Shown here: positions 46,167 through 55,770 of the stretch, one piece after another
Layout: every line of letters begins with the position of its first letter
Numbering within the stretch: the first letter of the stretch is position 1
Assembly: GCA_947165895.1 (NCBI GenBank)
Contig: CAMVCB010000002.1
Location: forward strand, 288,155 to 352,154
Length of the DNA stretch: 64,000 bases
From: an uncultured Treponema sp.
Lineage (GTDB): Bacteria > Spirochaetota > Spirochaetia > Treponematales > Treponemataceae
Direction of reading: 5' to 3'
The notes under the pieces: generated by a model
Database searches by the model: none
Seen by the model: only the letters and a program-made list of their open reading frames with translations
Told to the model about the DNA's origin: nothing
Translations under genes and position numbers: made by a program

Positions 46167-47339
46167 ATGACAAATACTTCTAAGGTTTATAAACTTATTA
46201 AAAAGGGATTTAAAAATCCCAAAAAAAAGACCGGTGTAAATTACTGGCGTTTTGTTTTTAATGCAATCGCTGAAGGTACCGGTGCCGAAAAATCTTTTTT
46301 CATTGAGCTGGAATATATTAATCCATCACTTTCTCCGTCTGCTCCCCGCCTTGGATTTAAGCCCCGCGTTAAAATTTCTGAAGCTGATCTTCAGTATGTT
46401 CTTGCCGGAACAAACTCCGCAAAAAATCTTGAAACAGAAGCTATCATTCAGCCGTCTTATTGTTCTGTCCGTGTTGGAATGGTCGGTAAGGAATCTAAAC
46501 AGATTTGTGAATATCACGGATTAAAAAGCTGTAATGTCCGCAATAATCCTTTTGAAATCCAGATTGGAAATTCTTTATTTGCAGAAACAAAACTTACCGG
46601 CTCTGTAGAACTTTCTGAGCAGGATGTAAAAGAGCACCCGGAATTTCTCTGTAATTCGGGAAAAGCTGCCTGGAATATTGATTATAGTCTTGAAACTGTA
46701 TTTCTTGAAGGTTTTAAAAGCCGTAAAGCCCACTGGTTTCCCTGCGGTTGTCTTGCAAAGTTTTCAGGCACGATTCTTTTTGACGGCGTAAGTTATCTTA
46801 TTGATCCAAAACGTTCTTACGGATACTGTGACCGCTATATTGGTTCTTTATTCCCTAAAAAATGGTTCCATCTTTCTTCCAGTAATCTTACAAGTAATAT
46901 TTCTGGTAAACTCTTGTTTGGTTCAAGCTTTTCCGTTCAGGGGGAATTTAACGACAGAATCAGTTTTCTGGGAACTTTTGAAGGTCAGCCCCTTGTTTTT
47001 AAAGCTGATATGTCAAAGAGAAACTATTCCTGTGTCTGGGATTGTACCCAGGCACCTGAAGGTTCTGAATATGAGAACAAACTTCACTGGTCGGTCAGCG
47101 TTCATAACAAAACCTATGTAATCGATATAGATGTTTACTGTGATTTAAAAGAACTATACAATCGTAAACTTGAATTGCCACAGGGAAAGCGAAAAATCAT
47201 GGATTTGATTGAAGGCTTTGGCGGTACAGGTGAAATCAAGCTGTATAAAAAGAACAGAAAAAATCTTGAGCAGCTGGAATTTGCAAAAATTGAAAAAGCT
47301 GTCTGTGAGTTTGGAGAAATTGAAGAGGGCGGCCTGTAA
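46167..47339 (+). CDS. hypothetical protein (390 aa)
   Basis: Long ORF with no signal peptide. The family was not recognised with confidence. Confidence 0.65.
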   Translation: MTNTSKVYKLIKKGFKNPKKKTGVNYWRFVFNAIAEGTGAEKSFFIELEYINPSLSPSAPRLGFKPRVKISEADLQYVLAGTNSAKNLETEAIIQPSYCSVRVGMVGKESKQICEYHGLKSCNVRNNPFEIQIGNSLFAETKLTGSVELSEQDVKEHPEFLCNSGKAAWNIDYSLETVFLEGFKSRKAHWFPCGCLAKFSGTILFDGVSYLIDPKRSYGYCDRYIGSLFPKKWFHLSSSNLTSNISGKLLFGSSFSVQGEFNDRISFLGTFEGQPLVFKADMSKRNYSCVWDCTQAPEGSEYENKLHWSVSVHNKTYVIDIDVYCDLKELYNRKLELPQGKRKIMDLIEGFGGTGEIKLYKKNRKNLEQLEFAKIEKAVCEFGEIEEGGL

Positions 47340-47369
47340 ATCCTCATAAATTGCATCAAAAAACTTGCC

Positions 47370-47428
47370 AAAACCTCCGCTTCGTTATTATTTTAATTGT
47401 GAATTAAAAATCGCGAATCGGAGGTTTT
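47370..47428 (+). promoter_or_regulatory. hairpin sequestering the clpB Shine-Dalgarno sequence
   Basis: AAAACCTCCG (47370-47379) pairs perfectly with CGGAGGTTTT (47419-47428). The clpB GGAGG lies inside the 3' arm, 8 nt from ATG 47433. Confidence 0.5.
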
Positions 47429-47432
47429 TTTT

Positions 47433-50057
47433 ATGGATTACGAAAAATTTACGATTAAAACTCAGGAAGCCTTACAGGAAGCTTCAAATATCGCCTTGAA
47501 AAATGACTGCTCGGAAATCTCCGGGCTTCACGTACTGACTGCCCTTCTTGAGCAGAAGGATGGTCTTGTCGGTCCGATTGTTGACAGAATTGGTATTCCA
47601 TCTTATGAGCTTGCAAAAAAAGCAAGAGATGCCTTGTCTTCATCTCCAAAGGTAAGCGGTGCTGCCCAGGTAACTCTTTCCAGCGAAATGCAGAAAATTC
47701 TTGCAAAGGCTGAGGGAGAAATGTCGGCCTTAAAAGACCAGTTTCTTTCTACCGAGCATATTCTTCTTGCCATGAGCAAGAGTGACGGAGAAACCGGCCG
47801 CTTTTTGAATCAGAACGGAATAAATCATAAGGCAATCATAGAAAGCCTGAAATCTGTGCGCGGTAACCAGTCGGTTGATTCTCAGGATCCGGAAAGCAAG
47901 ATGCGTTCCCTGGAAAAATACTGCCGCGACCTTACTGCTCTTGCCCGCCAGGATAAAATTGACCCGGTAATTGGCCGCGACGAAGAAATCCGCCGTGTAA
48001 TGCAGGTACTCTGCCGCCGTACAAAAAACAATCCTGTAATAATCGGTGAGCCGGGAGTTGGTAAAACTGCCATTGTAGAAGGTCTTGCCCGCCGAATCGC
48101 CAGTGAGGATGTGCCTGAATCTTTGAAAAATAAGCGGCTTCTCGCCCTTGATTTGGGAAGCCTTGTTGCGGGTGCAAAATTCCGCGGCGAGTTTGAAGAG
48201 CGTCTTAAGGCTTTGATTACCGAAGTTCAGAAATCTGAAGGTCAGATAATTCTCTTTATTGATGAGCTTCATACTCTGGTTGGTGCCGGGGCTTCCGAAG
48301 GAAGTATGGATGCTTCTAATCTTCTTAAGCCGGCCCTTGCCCGCGGTGAGCTTCGTGCTATTGGTGCGACAACTCTGGATGAATACCGCAAGTATATAGA
48401 AAAAGATGCAGCTCTGGAGCGACGTTTCCAGCAGGTTTACTGTGCCGAGCCGACTGTGGAAGATACAATTGCCATTTTGCGTGGACTTCGCGAAAAGTAC
48501 GAAATTCACCATGGGGTGCGCATTGAAGATGAGGCTCTGGTTGCTGCGGCTACACTTTCTAACCGCTATATTACATCCCGCTTTTTGCCGGATAAGGCAA
48601 TCGACCTTGTTGATGAAGCTGCCAGCCGCCTGAAGATGGAAATTGAAAGCCAGCCGGTTGAACTTGACCGTCTGGAGCGAAAAATCCTTCAGCTTCAGAT
48701 TGAAAAGCAGTCTTTGAGTAAGGAAGATGATGCTGCTTCAAAAGAACGTCTTTCTAAGCTTGAAAAGGAACTTTCAGAAATCACTTCTGAACGTGATGCA
48801 ATGAAGCTTCAGTGGCAGAATGAAAAGTCTACTATTAATAAATCGCGCGGACTCAAAGAGCAGCTGGAAAGTGCAAGGTTCAGCGAAGAAAAGTTTACCC
48901 GCGAGGGTAATCTTGAAAAAGCCGCTGAATACAAATACAGCATTATTCCGTCTCTGGAAAAGCAGCTGGACGAAGCTTTGCAGGCTGAGGCCGCTCGAAA
49001 AGACAGCGGAAGTGACAGCCTGCTGCGACAGAGCGTAACTGAAGAAGATATCGCAAAGGTTGTAAGCAGCTGGAGCGGAATTCCTGTCGCAAAAATGATG
49101 ACTGGCGAAAAGCAGAAGTATCTGGAGCTTGAAAACGTACTTCACAAGCGTGTTATCGGTCAGAATGAGGCTGTTCAGGTGGTAAGTGATGCCATCCGCC
49201 GTAACCGAAGCGGACTTAACGATCCTAACCGCCCTCTTGGAAGCTTTATGTTTATAGGACCGACCGGAGTAGGTAAAACAGAGCTTGCAAAAACGCTTGC
49301 TGACTTCCTCTTTAATGATGAAAAGGCTTTGACCCGAATTGATATGAGCGAGTACATGGAAAAGTTTTCCGTTACCCGCCTTATTGGAGCGCCTCCGGGA
49401 TACGTTGGCTATGATGAAGGCGGTCAGCTTACTGAGGCAGTCCGCCGACGTCCTTACAGCGTAATTCTTTTTGATGAGGTTGAAAAAGCTCACCCGGATG
49501 TTTTTAACGTGCTGCTGCAGGTGCTTGATGACGGCCGTCTGACAGACGGTCAGGGACGGGTAGTGGACTTTAAGAACACCATCATCATCATGACAAGTAA
49601 CCTGGGAAGTGATCTGATTCTTGATGCCGGGGAAAAGATGACCGGCGCCTCGGAAGGTGATGCCGGAAAAATTCAGGCAGAACTTCGCTCAAATATCGAC
49701 ATGCTTTTGAAAAAGACCTTCCGGCCTGAATTCCTCAACCGAATTGATGAAATTGTAATGTTCAGTCAGCTTGGTAAGGAGCATATCGCAGGTATTGTAC
49801 GCAATCAGCTTGAGCGTGTTGCGGCCCGCCTTGCCGACCGCCGTATTACCCTTAAGTTCGATGATTCGGCAGTCAGCTTCCTTTCTGAAAAAGGCTACGA
49901 ACCGACAATGGGTGCCCGCCCTGTAAAGAGGGCAATTCAGACTTACGTTGAAAATCAGCTTGCCAAAGAGCTGCTTGCAGGTAAATTTGGAGAAGACTCT
50001 GTTATCAGCGTAAAGGCTGCTGCCGGTGGTGAAGGGCTGGAGTTTACAAAGGCTTAA
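47433..50057 (+). CDS. clpB: ATP-dependent chaperone/disaggregase ClpB
   Basis: Clp N-domain. Two AAA+ modules ([16 protein letters not shown]) separated by a long coiled-coil M-domain. 874 aa. Confidence 0.97.
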   Translation: MDYEKFTIKTQEALQEASNIALKNDCSEISGLHVLTALLEQKDGLVGPIVDRIGIPSYELAKKARDALSSSPKVSGAAQVTLSSEMQKILAKAEGEMSALKDQFLSTEHILLAMSKSDGETGRFLNQNGINHKAIIESLKSVRGNQSVDSQDPESKMRSLEKYCRDLTALARQDKIDPVIGRDEEIRRVMQVLCRRTKNNPVIIGEPGVGKTAIVEGLARRIASEDVPESLKNKRLLALDLGSLVAGAKFRGEFEERLKALITEVQKSEGQIILFIDELHTLVGAGASEGSMDASNLLKPALARGELRAIGATTLDEYRKYIEKDAALERRFQQVYCAEPTVEDTIAILRGLREKYEIHHGVRIEDEALVAAATLSNRYITSRFLPDKAIDLVDEAASRLKMEIESQPVELDRLERKILQLQIEKQSLSKEDDAASKERLSKLEKELSEITSERDAMKLQWQNEKSTINKSRGLKEQLESARFSEEKFTREGNLEKAAEYKYSIIPSLEKQLDEALQAEAARKDSGSDSLLRQSVTEEDIAKVVSSWSGIPVAKMMTGEKQKYLELENVLHKRVIGQNEAVQVVSDAIRRNRSGLNDPNRPLGSFMFIGPTGVGKTELAKTLADFLFNDEKALTRIDMSEYMEKFSVTRLIGAPPGYVGYDEGGQLTEAVRRRPYSVILFDEVEKAHPDVFNVLLQVLDDGRLTDGQGRVVDFKNTIIIMTSNLGSDLILDAGEKMTGASEGDAGKIQAELRSNIDMLLKKTFRPEFLNRIDEIVMFSQLGKEHIAGIVRNQLERVAARLADRRITLKFDDSAVSFLSEKGYEPTMGARPVKRAIQTYVENQLAKELLAGKFGEDSVISVKAAAGGEGLEFTKA

Positions 50058-50093
50058 TTAATCTTCCAGGCGACAGGCCTCTCGATTTATGCT

Positions 50094-50145
50094 AAAAGTC
50101 CTGAAGCTGCTGATTTAGGTTAGTAGTTTCAGGGCTTTTTATTTT
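50094..50145 (+). terminator. candidate clpB terminator
   Basis: CCTGAA (50100-50105) pairs with TTCAGG (50128-50133), with flanking partial pairing, then CTTTTTATTTT. The loop is long. Confidence 0.45.
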
Positions 50146-50155
50146 AAAAAGATTG

Positions 50156-50301
50156 TCAAATTCGTGGCAAATTTTGGTTAAAGTATCGTCAAATTCGTGG
50201 CAAATTTTGGTTAAAGTATCGTCAAATTCGTGGCAAATTTTGGTTAAAGAATCGTCAAATTCGTGGCAAATTTTAGGTAAAGTATCGTCAAATTCGTGGC
50301 A
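50156..50301. repeat. 33-bp tandem repeat, 4.4 copies
   Basis: The unit TCAAATTCGTGGCAAATTTTGGTTAAAGTATCG starts at 50156, 50189, 50222 and 50255, with 1-2 substitutions per copy, plus a partial copy at 50288. No spacers. Confidence 0.95.
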
Positions 50302-50343
50302 TTTTTTCGAAAAAACTGTTAATATACTTTTAGAGGAAATTCA

Positions 50344-51696
50344 ATGCTTAAGAGAAAGTTTTATAATACGCTTCTTGAATGGAAAAAATCAAAGAAAAAT
50401 GAATGTCTTCTTGTAAATGGTGCAAGACAGATTGGAAAAACTTTCATCATTGAACAATTCGGAAAGGAAAACTATGAAAGTTATATTTATATAAATTTCA
50501 TAAAAAATCCGGAGCAGATTAATATTTTTGAAGGAACTTTAGAACCTGATGAAATTTTCAGACGAATTTCTCTTTATGTATCTGACTGCAAATTTATAGA
50601 AGGAAATACCCTCATTTTTATTGATGAAATACAGCTAAGTCCAAAGGCACGAACAGCGCTGAAATTTCTTGCAATTGATTCCCGTTATGATGTTATTGCA
50701 TCCGGCTCTCTTCTAGGAATTCATTATAATAAAAGTAAGGAAGATAATGAACTTGAAAAAGAAGTGTCTATTCCTGTCGGCTATGAGCGTGAAGTTTTGA
50801 TGCACAGTCTTGATTTTGAAGAATTTCTCTGGGCAAAAAGGATAGATGAAAAGACTATTTTAATTCTAAAAAAATACTTTGACAAAAAAGAAAAAGTTCC
50901 TGCCGGTACAGAAGAAAAGAATTATACGGACGGGCTGAATGAAAAGTATCTTTCGCTGCTGCGGGAATATATGGTTGTTGGTGGAATGCCTGAAGTTGTA
51001 AACAAATTTCTGGAAACATCAAATTATCAGGAAGTTTATGCAACACAGCAGAAAATTTTCAAAAGTTATGAGGATGATATTGAACATTACGCTAAAAATA
51101 TAGAAAAACCGAAAATTAAAGCCTGCTATAACTCAATTCCGCGTCAGCTTGCAAAGGAATATACTAAATTTCAGTACAAAACGGTAGAAAAAAACGGAAC
51201 GGCAAAAAAGTATGATAATTCTATTTCCTGGCTTGAAGATGCTGGGCTTGTTGTTACTGTGAAAAACGTTTCTCTCCCTGTTCTTCCATTAAAAGCCTAT
51301 GAAGAACCGGAAAATTTTAAGCTTTATACAACAGATATAGGTCTTACAACGAGTATGTTCGGTTTTGAAACTCAGGCCGCTCTTATAAAAAAGACATTGA
51401 AAGGCCCGGCAAAGGGTGGAATATATGAAAATCTGATTTTTGATATGCTTTATAAGAGGGGATATGTTTTGAATTACTATAAAAAATCAGATAATTCCCA
51501 GGAAATTGAATTTCTCTTTGAGAAAGATGGTGCCGCAATACCTGTTGAAGTAAAATCAAAGAAAGGGGATACGACTTCTTTGAACAGCTTTATATCCGAA
51601 TTTGAACCACCCTATGCCTACAAACTGATTGATGGTAATGTGGGAGTAAACGAAACAAAGATAACGCTTCCTCAGTATATGGCGATGTTTATTTAG
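50344..51696 (+). CDS. AAA+ ATPase of the AAA_14/DUF4143 (COG1373) type
   Basis: Walker A NGARQIGKTF and Walker B LIFIDEIQ. The C-terminal region matches the DUF4143 pattern. Confidence 0.8.
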   Translation: MLKRKFYNTLLEWKKSKKNECLLVNGARQIGKTFIIEQFGKENYESYIYINFIKNPEQINIFEGTLEPDEIFRRISLYVSDCKFIEGNTLIFIDEIQLSPKARTALKFLAIDSRYDVIASGSLLGIHYNKSKEDNELEKEVSIPVGYEREVLMHSLDFEEFLWAKRIDEKTILILKKYFDKKEKVPAGTEEKNYTDGLNEKYLSLLREYMVVGGMPEVVNKFLETSNYQEVYATQQKIFKSYEDDIEHYAKNIEKPKIKACYNSIPRQLAKEYTKFQYKTVEKNGTAKKYDNSISWLEDAGLVVTVKNVSLPVLPLKAYEEPENFKLYTTDIGLTTSMFGFETQAALIKKTLKGPAKGGIYENLIFDMLYKRGYVLNYYKKSDNSQEIEFLFEKDGAAIPVEVKSKKGDTTSLNSFISEFEPPYAYKLIDGNVGVNETKITLPQYMAMFI

Positions 51697-51711
51697 AAAA
51701 TCTAGCAGGTG

Positions 51712-51987
51712 TTACATAAATCTCTGAATTAGTTCTATTATAGTCTCTTTTGCTTTTTGCTTATTTGTGTCATTTGCTGGAAATAAAACTGCAGGGCTGA
51801 TTCCCATTGCATTACATAATTTTAATACAGTTGTGATTGTTGGAGCTCTTTTTCCGTTTTCTATATAAGTAATCATATTTTGCGAAACTCCAGATTCAAG
51901 TGAGAGTTCCATTTGAGATAAATTTGCTTTTTCTCTTTCAGCTTTTAATCTTTTACAGACAAATGCTTCCTGTTCTTCAACTGTCAT
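51712..51987 (-). CDS. XRE-family helix-turn-helix transcriptional regulator
   Basis: The HTH is LSQMELSLESGVSQNMITYIENGKRAPTITTVLKLCNAMG. ATG 51987 is preferred; the upstream part of the ORF is AT-rich non-coding-like sequence. Confidence 0.8.
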   Translation of the reverse strand: MTVEEQEAFVCKRLKAEREKANLSQMELSLESGVSQNMITYIENGKRAPTITTVLKLCNAMGISPAVLFPANDTNKQKAKETIIELIQRFM

Positions 51988-52092
51988 ATATTTATTTTTT
52001 AATAAATATTGTGTGATTACAAATAAATAAAGTGTTGATTTAAAGAAATATAGTATGTAAAATGTACACAAAATGAGCATAAGAGGTTAGTT

Positions 52093-52488
52093 TTGACCCG
52101 TTACGCAATTCTCTGTGGTTCTGCCCCGGATGATTTCAGACAGAAAAAACTTAATGATTTATTTAATTCTCTTATAGAAAAAGCCGGCTGGCACGTAACC
52201 TGTCTTGCAAACGGTATTGACGAGCTGATGCTGGAATATGCCTTGAATAATATTTTGGATGGTAATGCAGGGGAAGAGGCGGATAGCGTGATGCTTTACT
52301 TTTGCACGGAAACTCCGGTAATGGATGCGGATGAAAGCTTCTGGCTTTGCGGGAACGAAATCAGAAAAGATGTGATTGATTATTACAGTCAGCTTGCAGA
52401 AAAGTGCGGAATTGATTTTCAGGTTATTTACGATTGTGACCGTGAAATTATAAGTGAAGATGAACTTGGTTACGAGAAGGTCTGCTGA
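52093..52488 (+). CDS. hypothetical protein (131 aa)
   Basis: TTG start lies 6 nt after AGAGG. The stop overlaps the next ATG (TGATG). GC content is higher than in the following glycosyltransferase genes. Confidence 0.6.
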   Translation: MTRYAILCGSAPDDFRQKKLNDLFNSLIEKAGWHVTCLANGIDELMLEYALNNILDGNAGEEADSVMLYFCTETPVMDADESFWLCGNEIRKDVIDYYSQLAEKCGIDFQVIYDCDREIISEDELGYEKVC

Positions 52489-53324
52489 TGTCGGAAGTAA
52501 AATTGACTGCAAGTGTAGTTTTGTTTAATACTCCAAGAAATCAGATTTCTTCTCTCTTCAATTCTGTAATTAATTCAAAATGTGTTGAAATCTTCTATAT
52601 AATTGATAATTCTCCAAATGACAAATGGCGAATTCTGCAAGAGGAATACGCTGATTGTGGAACAAAAATCCGCTATATTCACAATGCAAACCTGGGCTAT
52701 GGAGCCAGTCATAATCTTGCTATGCATGAAGCAATAGAGGCGGGCTCAATCTACCATGTTGTTTTGAATCCTGATATTTATTTTGATCCAAATGTGCTTC
52801 CAGAACTCATTCTGTTTATGGATAAAAATACTGACGCTGGGTACGTTTTGCCAAAAGTAATATATCCGGATGGTGAACTTCAATATTTATGCAAGCTGCT
52901 TCCTACTCCGTTTGATTTGATTTTCCGTAGATTCCTGCCAAAAAGCTGGGGCGTAAAACGCAATGACCGCTACTGCCTTAAATCAAGCGGATATGACAAG
53001 GTTATTAATCCTCCGTGTTTGAGCGGCTGTTTCATGTTCATGAGGCTTGCGACTTTGCAAGAAAATAATATTTTCTTTGACGACAGATATTTTATGTACT
53101 GCGAAGATTTTGATTTGATTCGCAGACTGCATAGAGTAGCAAAGACTTTGTATTACCCCGATGTAACGATTGTACATAACCACGCTCGGGAGAGTTATAA
53201 GAGTAAGAAGATGTTGGTTGCACATATAAGGAGTGCTATCAGGTATTTTAATAAATTTGGTTGGGTGTTTGATAAGGAACGCCGAGTGATGAACAGGAAA
53301 ATCCTTGGGGAAATTGAGAAATGA
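52488..53324 (+). CDS. family 2 glycosyltransferase (rhamnosyltransferase-like)
   Basis: VVLFNTP....IIDNSPND...NLGYGASHN, plus a DxD-type NPD. Confidence 0.8.
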   Translation: MSEVKLTASVVLFNTPRNQISSLFNSVINSKCVEIFYIIDNSPNDKWRILQEEYADCGTKIRYIHNANLGYGASHNLAMHEAIEAGSIYHVVLNPDIYFDPNVLPELILFMDKNTDAGYVLPKVIYPDGELQYLCKLLPTPFDLIFRRFLPKSWGVKRNDRYCLKSSGYDKVINPPCLSGCFMFMRLATLQENNIFFDDRYFMYCEDFDLIRRLHRVAKTLYYPDVTIVHNHARESYKSKKMLVAHIRSAIRYFNKFGWVFDKERRVMNRKILGEIEK

Positions 53325-54775
53325 CAAGCCTAAAACTGAATTATAGTCTCACAACTGTAAGAACAGTGTTATCATTTTTTTTCCCTCTAATCATATTTCC
53401 TTATGTTAGCAGAATACTAGAACCTTCAGGTATCGGAAAGGTGGAATTTGCTAATTCGATAGTTTCATATTTTGTTTTATTTACTGCTCTAGGAATTCCA
53501 ACTTATGGAATTAGAGAAATCGCAAGGGTGCGTGATAATAAAGAGCAATGTTCTAGAGCTGTCTTAGAATTGAGTTTTATTCTTTTTGTAACTACGACAG
53601 TGGGGTATGTTATTTACTTTGCGTTAATAAACTTAGTTCCTTGTCTTAACAGTCAAAGAAATATTTTTCTCATAATTGCACCAACTATATTTCTTTCTTC
53701 TTTCAATTATGACTGGTTTTATCAGGGAATTGAAAATCAGACTTATATAACAGTTCGCTTTATAATCATAAAACTATTACAAATAATTTCAATTTTTTTA
53801 CTTGTAAAAAATACAGATCATTATCTTCGTTATGCGGCTATTTTTGTAGGTCTAAATGGTATATCATCTTTATTCAATATTTTGTACCTAAGAAAATACA
53901 TTCATTTTGTGCCATATAATACTCTTAATTTTTCACGCCATATAAAATCCGTGCTTATAATTTTTGCATCAATCGTTGCTGTGAATGTGTATATGCAACT
54001 TGATGTTACAATGACAGGTATCTTCTGTACAGATGCTGAGGTTGGGTTATATACAGCTGCAAATAGAATTATTCGCATTGTTATAGCTGTAGTAACAGTT
54101 TTTAGTACTGTTATAACTCCAAGATTAGAAAATTGTCGAAATAACAATGATGTAGAAGCTTATAATCGATATTTAAATCTATCTTTGCATTACGTTTTAA
54201 TTTTTGGAATTCCTTGCTGTTTAGGAATTATATCCATATCAAAAGATGTTATAACTCTTTTTGCTGGTGAAAAATACTTAGCTTCCGTTATAACAATAAA
54301 GCTTCTTTCTCCAATTATTATTTTTGTAGGATTGGCAAGTTTTGTTGGTTTACAACTCTTATTTTTAAATCGTGAAGAATATAAATACACAATCGCAGTC
54401 TCAATTGCAGCTGTTGTAAATGCTATATGTAATGTAATTCTTATACCGCGATATGCTCAGAATGGAGCTGCATTAGGTACTGTTATTGCTGAAGGAATTG
54501 GACTTATTCTGCAAATAGTTTTTGCAAGAAAATATTTTAGCAATGTTGATTTTTTTAGTTTTAACTCTTTGAAGTATGTAATAGCGGGGCTTTGTATGTA
54601 TTTCATTTTACAATTTGTACCATACATAAAAGAAAATGTAATGCTACATTGTTTGCTTTGTATAACCATAGGAACTGTTGTTTATGCATCTGTACTAATA
54701 CTTCTGAAAGAAAAATTAATTTTAGAACTGATTTCTCAATGGAGATATAAAAAAATAACTGCAAATAAGCAGTGA
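53321..54775 (+). CDS. wzx: Wzx-type polysaccharide flippase (MOP superfamily)
   Basis: About 12-14 TM helices. The N-terminal block PLIIFPYVSRILEPSGIGKVEFANS is typical of the polysaccharide biosynthesis protein family. Confidence 0.8.
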   Translation: MTSLKLNYSLTTVRTVLSFFFPLIIFPYVSRILEPSGIGKVEFANSIVSYFVLFTALGIPTYGIREIARVRDNKEQCSRAVLELSFILFVTTTVGYVIYFALINLVPCLNSQRNIFLIIAPTIFLSSFNYDWFYQGIENQTYITVRFIIIKLLQIISIFLLVKNTDHYLRYAAIFVGLNGISSLFNILYLRKYIHFVPYNTLNFSRHIKSVLIIFASIVAVNVYMQLDVTMTGIFCTDAEVGLYTAANRIIRIVIAVVTVFSTVITPRLENCRNNNDVEAYNRYLNLSLHYVLIFGIPCCLGIISISKDVITLFAGEKYLASVITIKLLSPIIIFVGLASFVGLQLLFLNREEYKYTIAVSIAAVVNAICNVILIPRYAQNGAALGTVIAEGIGLILQIVFARKYFSNVDFFSFNSLKYVIAGLCMYFILQFVPYIKENVMLHCLLCITIGTVVYASVLILLKEKLILELISQWRYKKITANKQ

Positions 54776-54867
54776 AAGTGTACCTTGAGTTGCAAGGTGC
54801 GGATTATAACATTTTTTCTTTGACCATCTTTACTTGATAAAGAGGGTCAGATATATAGGGTAAAGAA

Positions 54868-55770
54868 ATGGATGTTTCTGTCATTATCGTCAATTATAAC
54901 ACTATAGAACTTACTCGAAATTGCTTAATATCAGTTTTTGAACAGACAAAAGATATTGATTTTGAAGTTATTGTCTCTGATAACGGAAGTACCGATGGCT
55001 CTATAGAAATGATAAAAAATAAATTTCCAAACGTAGTGTTAATAGAAAATAATGCGAATCTTGGTTTTGGTGCAGCGAATAATAGAGGCTTAAAAATCGC
55101 TAAAGGTAAATATATTTTCTATCTGAATAGTGATACTGTTCTTCTCAACAATGCAGTGAAAATATTTTTTGATTTTTGGGAATCATATCCTGAAAAAGAA
55201 CAGTTGGGTGCACTTGGTGCCTGGCTTATAAATGACGGAAAAATAATACACTCCTATGGCTCTTACCCTTCTTTTTGTAATATGCTACAAACATTATTGC
55301 GAGCAGCCATTTCTGATTTATTTGGCAGCCTGAAAAAAAAACGCCATAGAACAATACCTAAAAAAAATTACGAGTCTTTAACGAAAGAAATACAGGGGTA
55401 TGTAACTGGTGCTGACTTATTTGTGAAAAATGATTCAACTGCCTTATTTGATGAAAGATTTTTCATGTATTTTGAAGAAAGTGATTTGCAGTTAAACAAT
55501 TTCGCATTGACTGGCAAAAAGACTTTTATTCTTTCAGAACCAAAAATAATTCACCTGGAAGGAGGAAGTGACAAAAAAACTGATAAATATAGTTTCAGCA
55601 AAAAATCATCATTTTTCTACTGGCGTTCATGTCTTATTTACTTTTCAAAGAATTATCATGCTAAAAAGTTTTACAGAGCCATATTAAAATTTTTTATTAT
55701 CTTGGTCTACTTATTACCTAGGAACGCAAAAATCGGAAAAGCATATTTCAAGGAGTTGATTTCACTATGA
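54868..55770 (+). CDS. family 2 glycosyltransferase
   Basis: VSVIIVNYNT...EVIVSDNGSTDGS...NLGFGAANNRG...YLNSDT. Confidence 0.85.
   Translation: MDVSVIIVNYNTIELTRNCLISVFEQTKDIDFEVIVSDNGSTDGSIEMIKNKFPNVVLIENNANLGFGAANNRGLKIAKGKYIFYLNSDTVLLNNAVKIFFDFWESYPEKEQLGALGAWLINDGKIIHSYGSYPSFCNMLQTLLRAAISDLFGSLKKKRHRTIPKKNYESLTKEIQGYVTGADLFVKNDSTALFDERFFMYFEESDLQLNNFALTGKKTFILSEPKIIHLEGGSDKKTDKYSFSKKSSFFYWRSCLIYFSKNYHAKKFYRAILKFFIILVYLLPRNAKIGKAYFKELISL

Noticed and set aside
47730-49493. Long minus-strand ORFs (47730-48512, 48774-49493) inside clpB.
   Set aside because: They are antisense to an unambiguous ClpB CDS. Such ORFs are typical in GC-richer genes with a codon-position bias.
50153-50416. The 33-bp repeat array read as a CRISPR array, as a coding repeat (ORF with SNSWQILVKVS units), or as sigma54 promoters (TGGCAA-N5-...).
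   Set aside because: The repeats are contiguous with no spacers, and no cas genes are present. The ORF has no SD and overlaps the ATPase gene start. The -12 GC element of the sigma54 consensus is absent (TGGCAAATTTTGGTT against TGGCACG-N4-TTGC).
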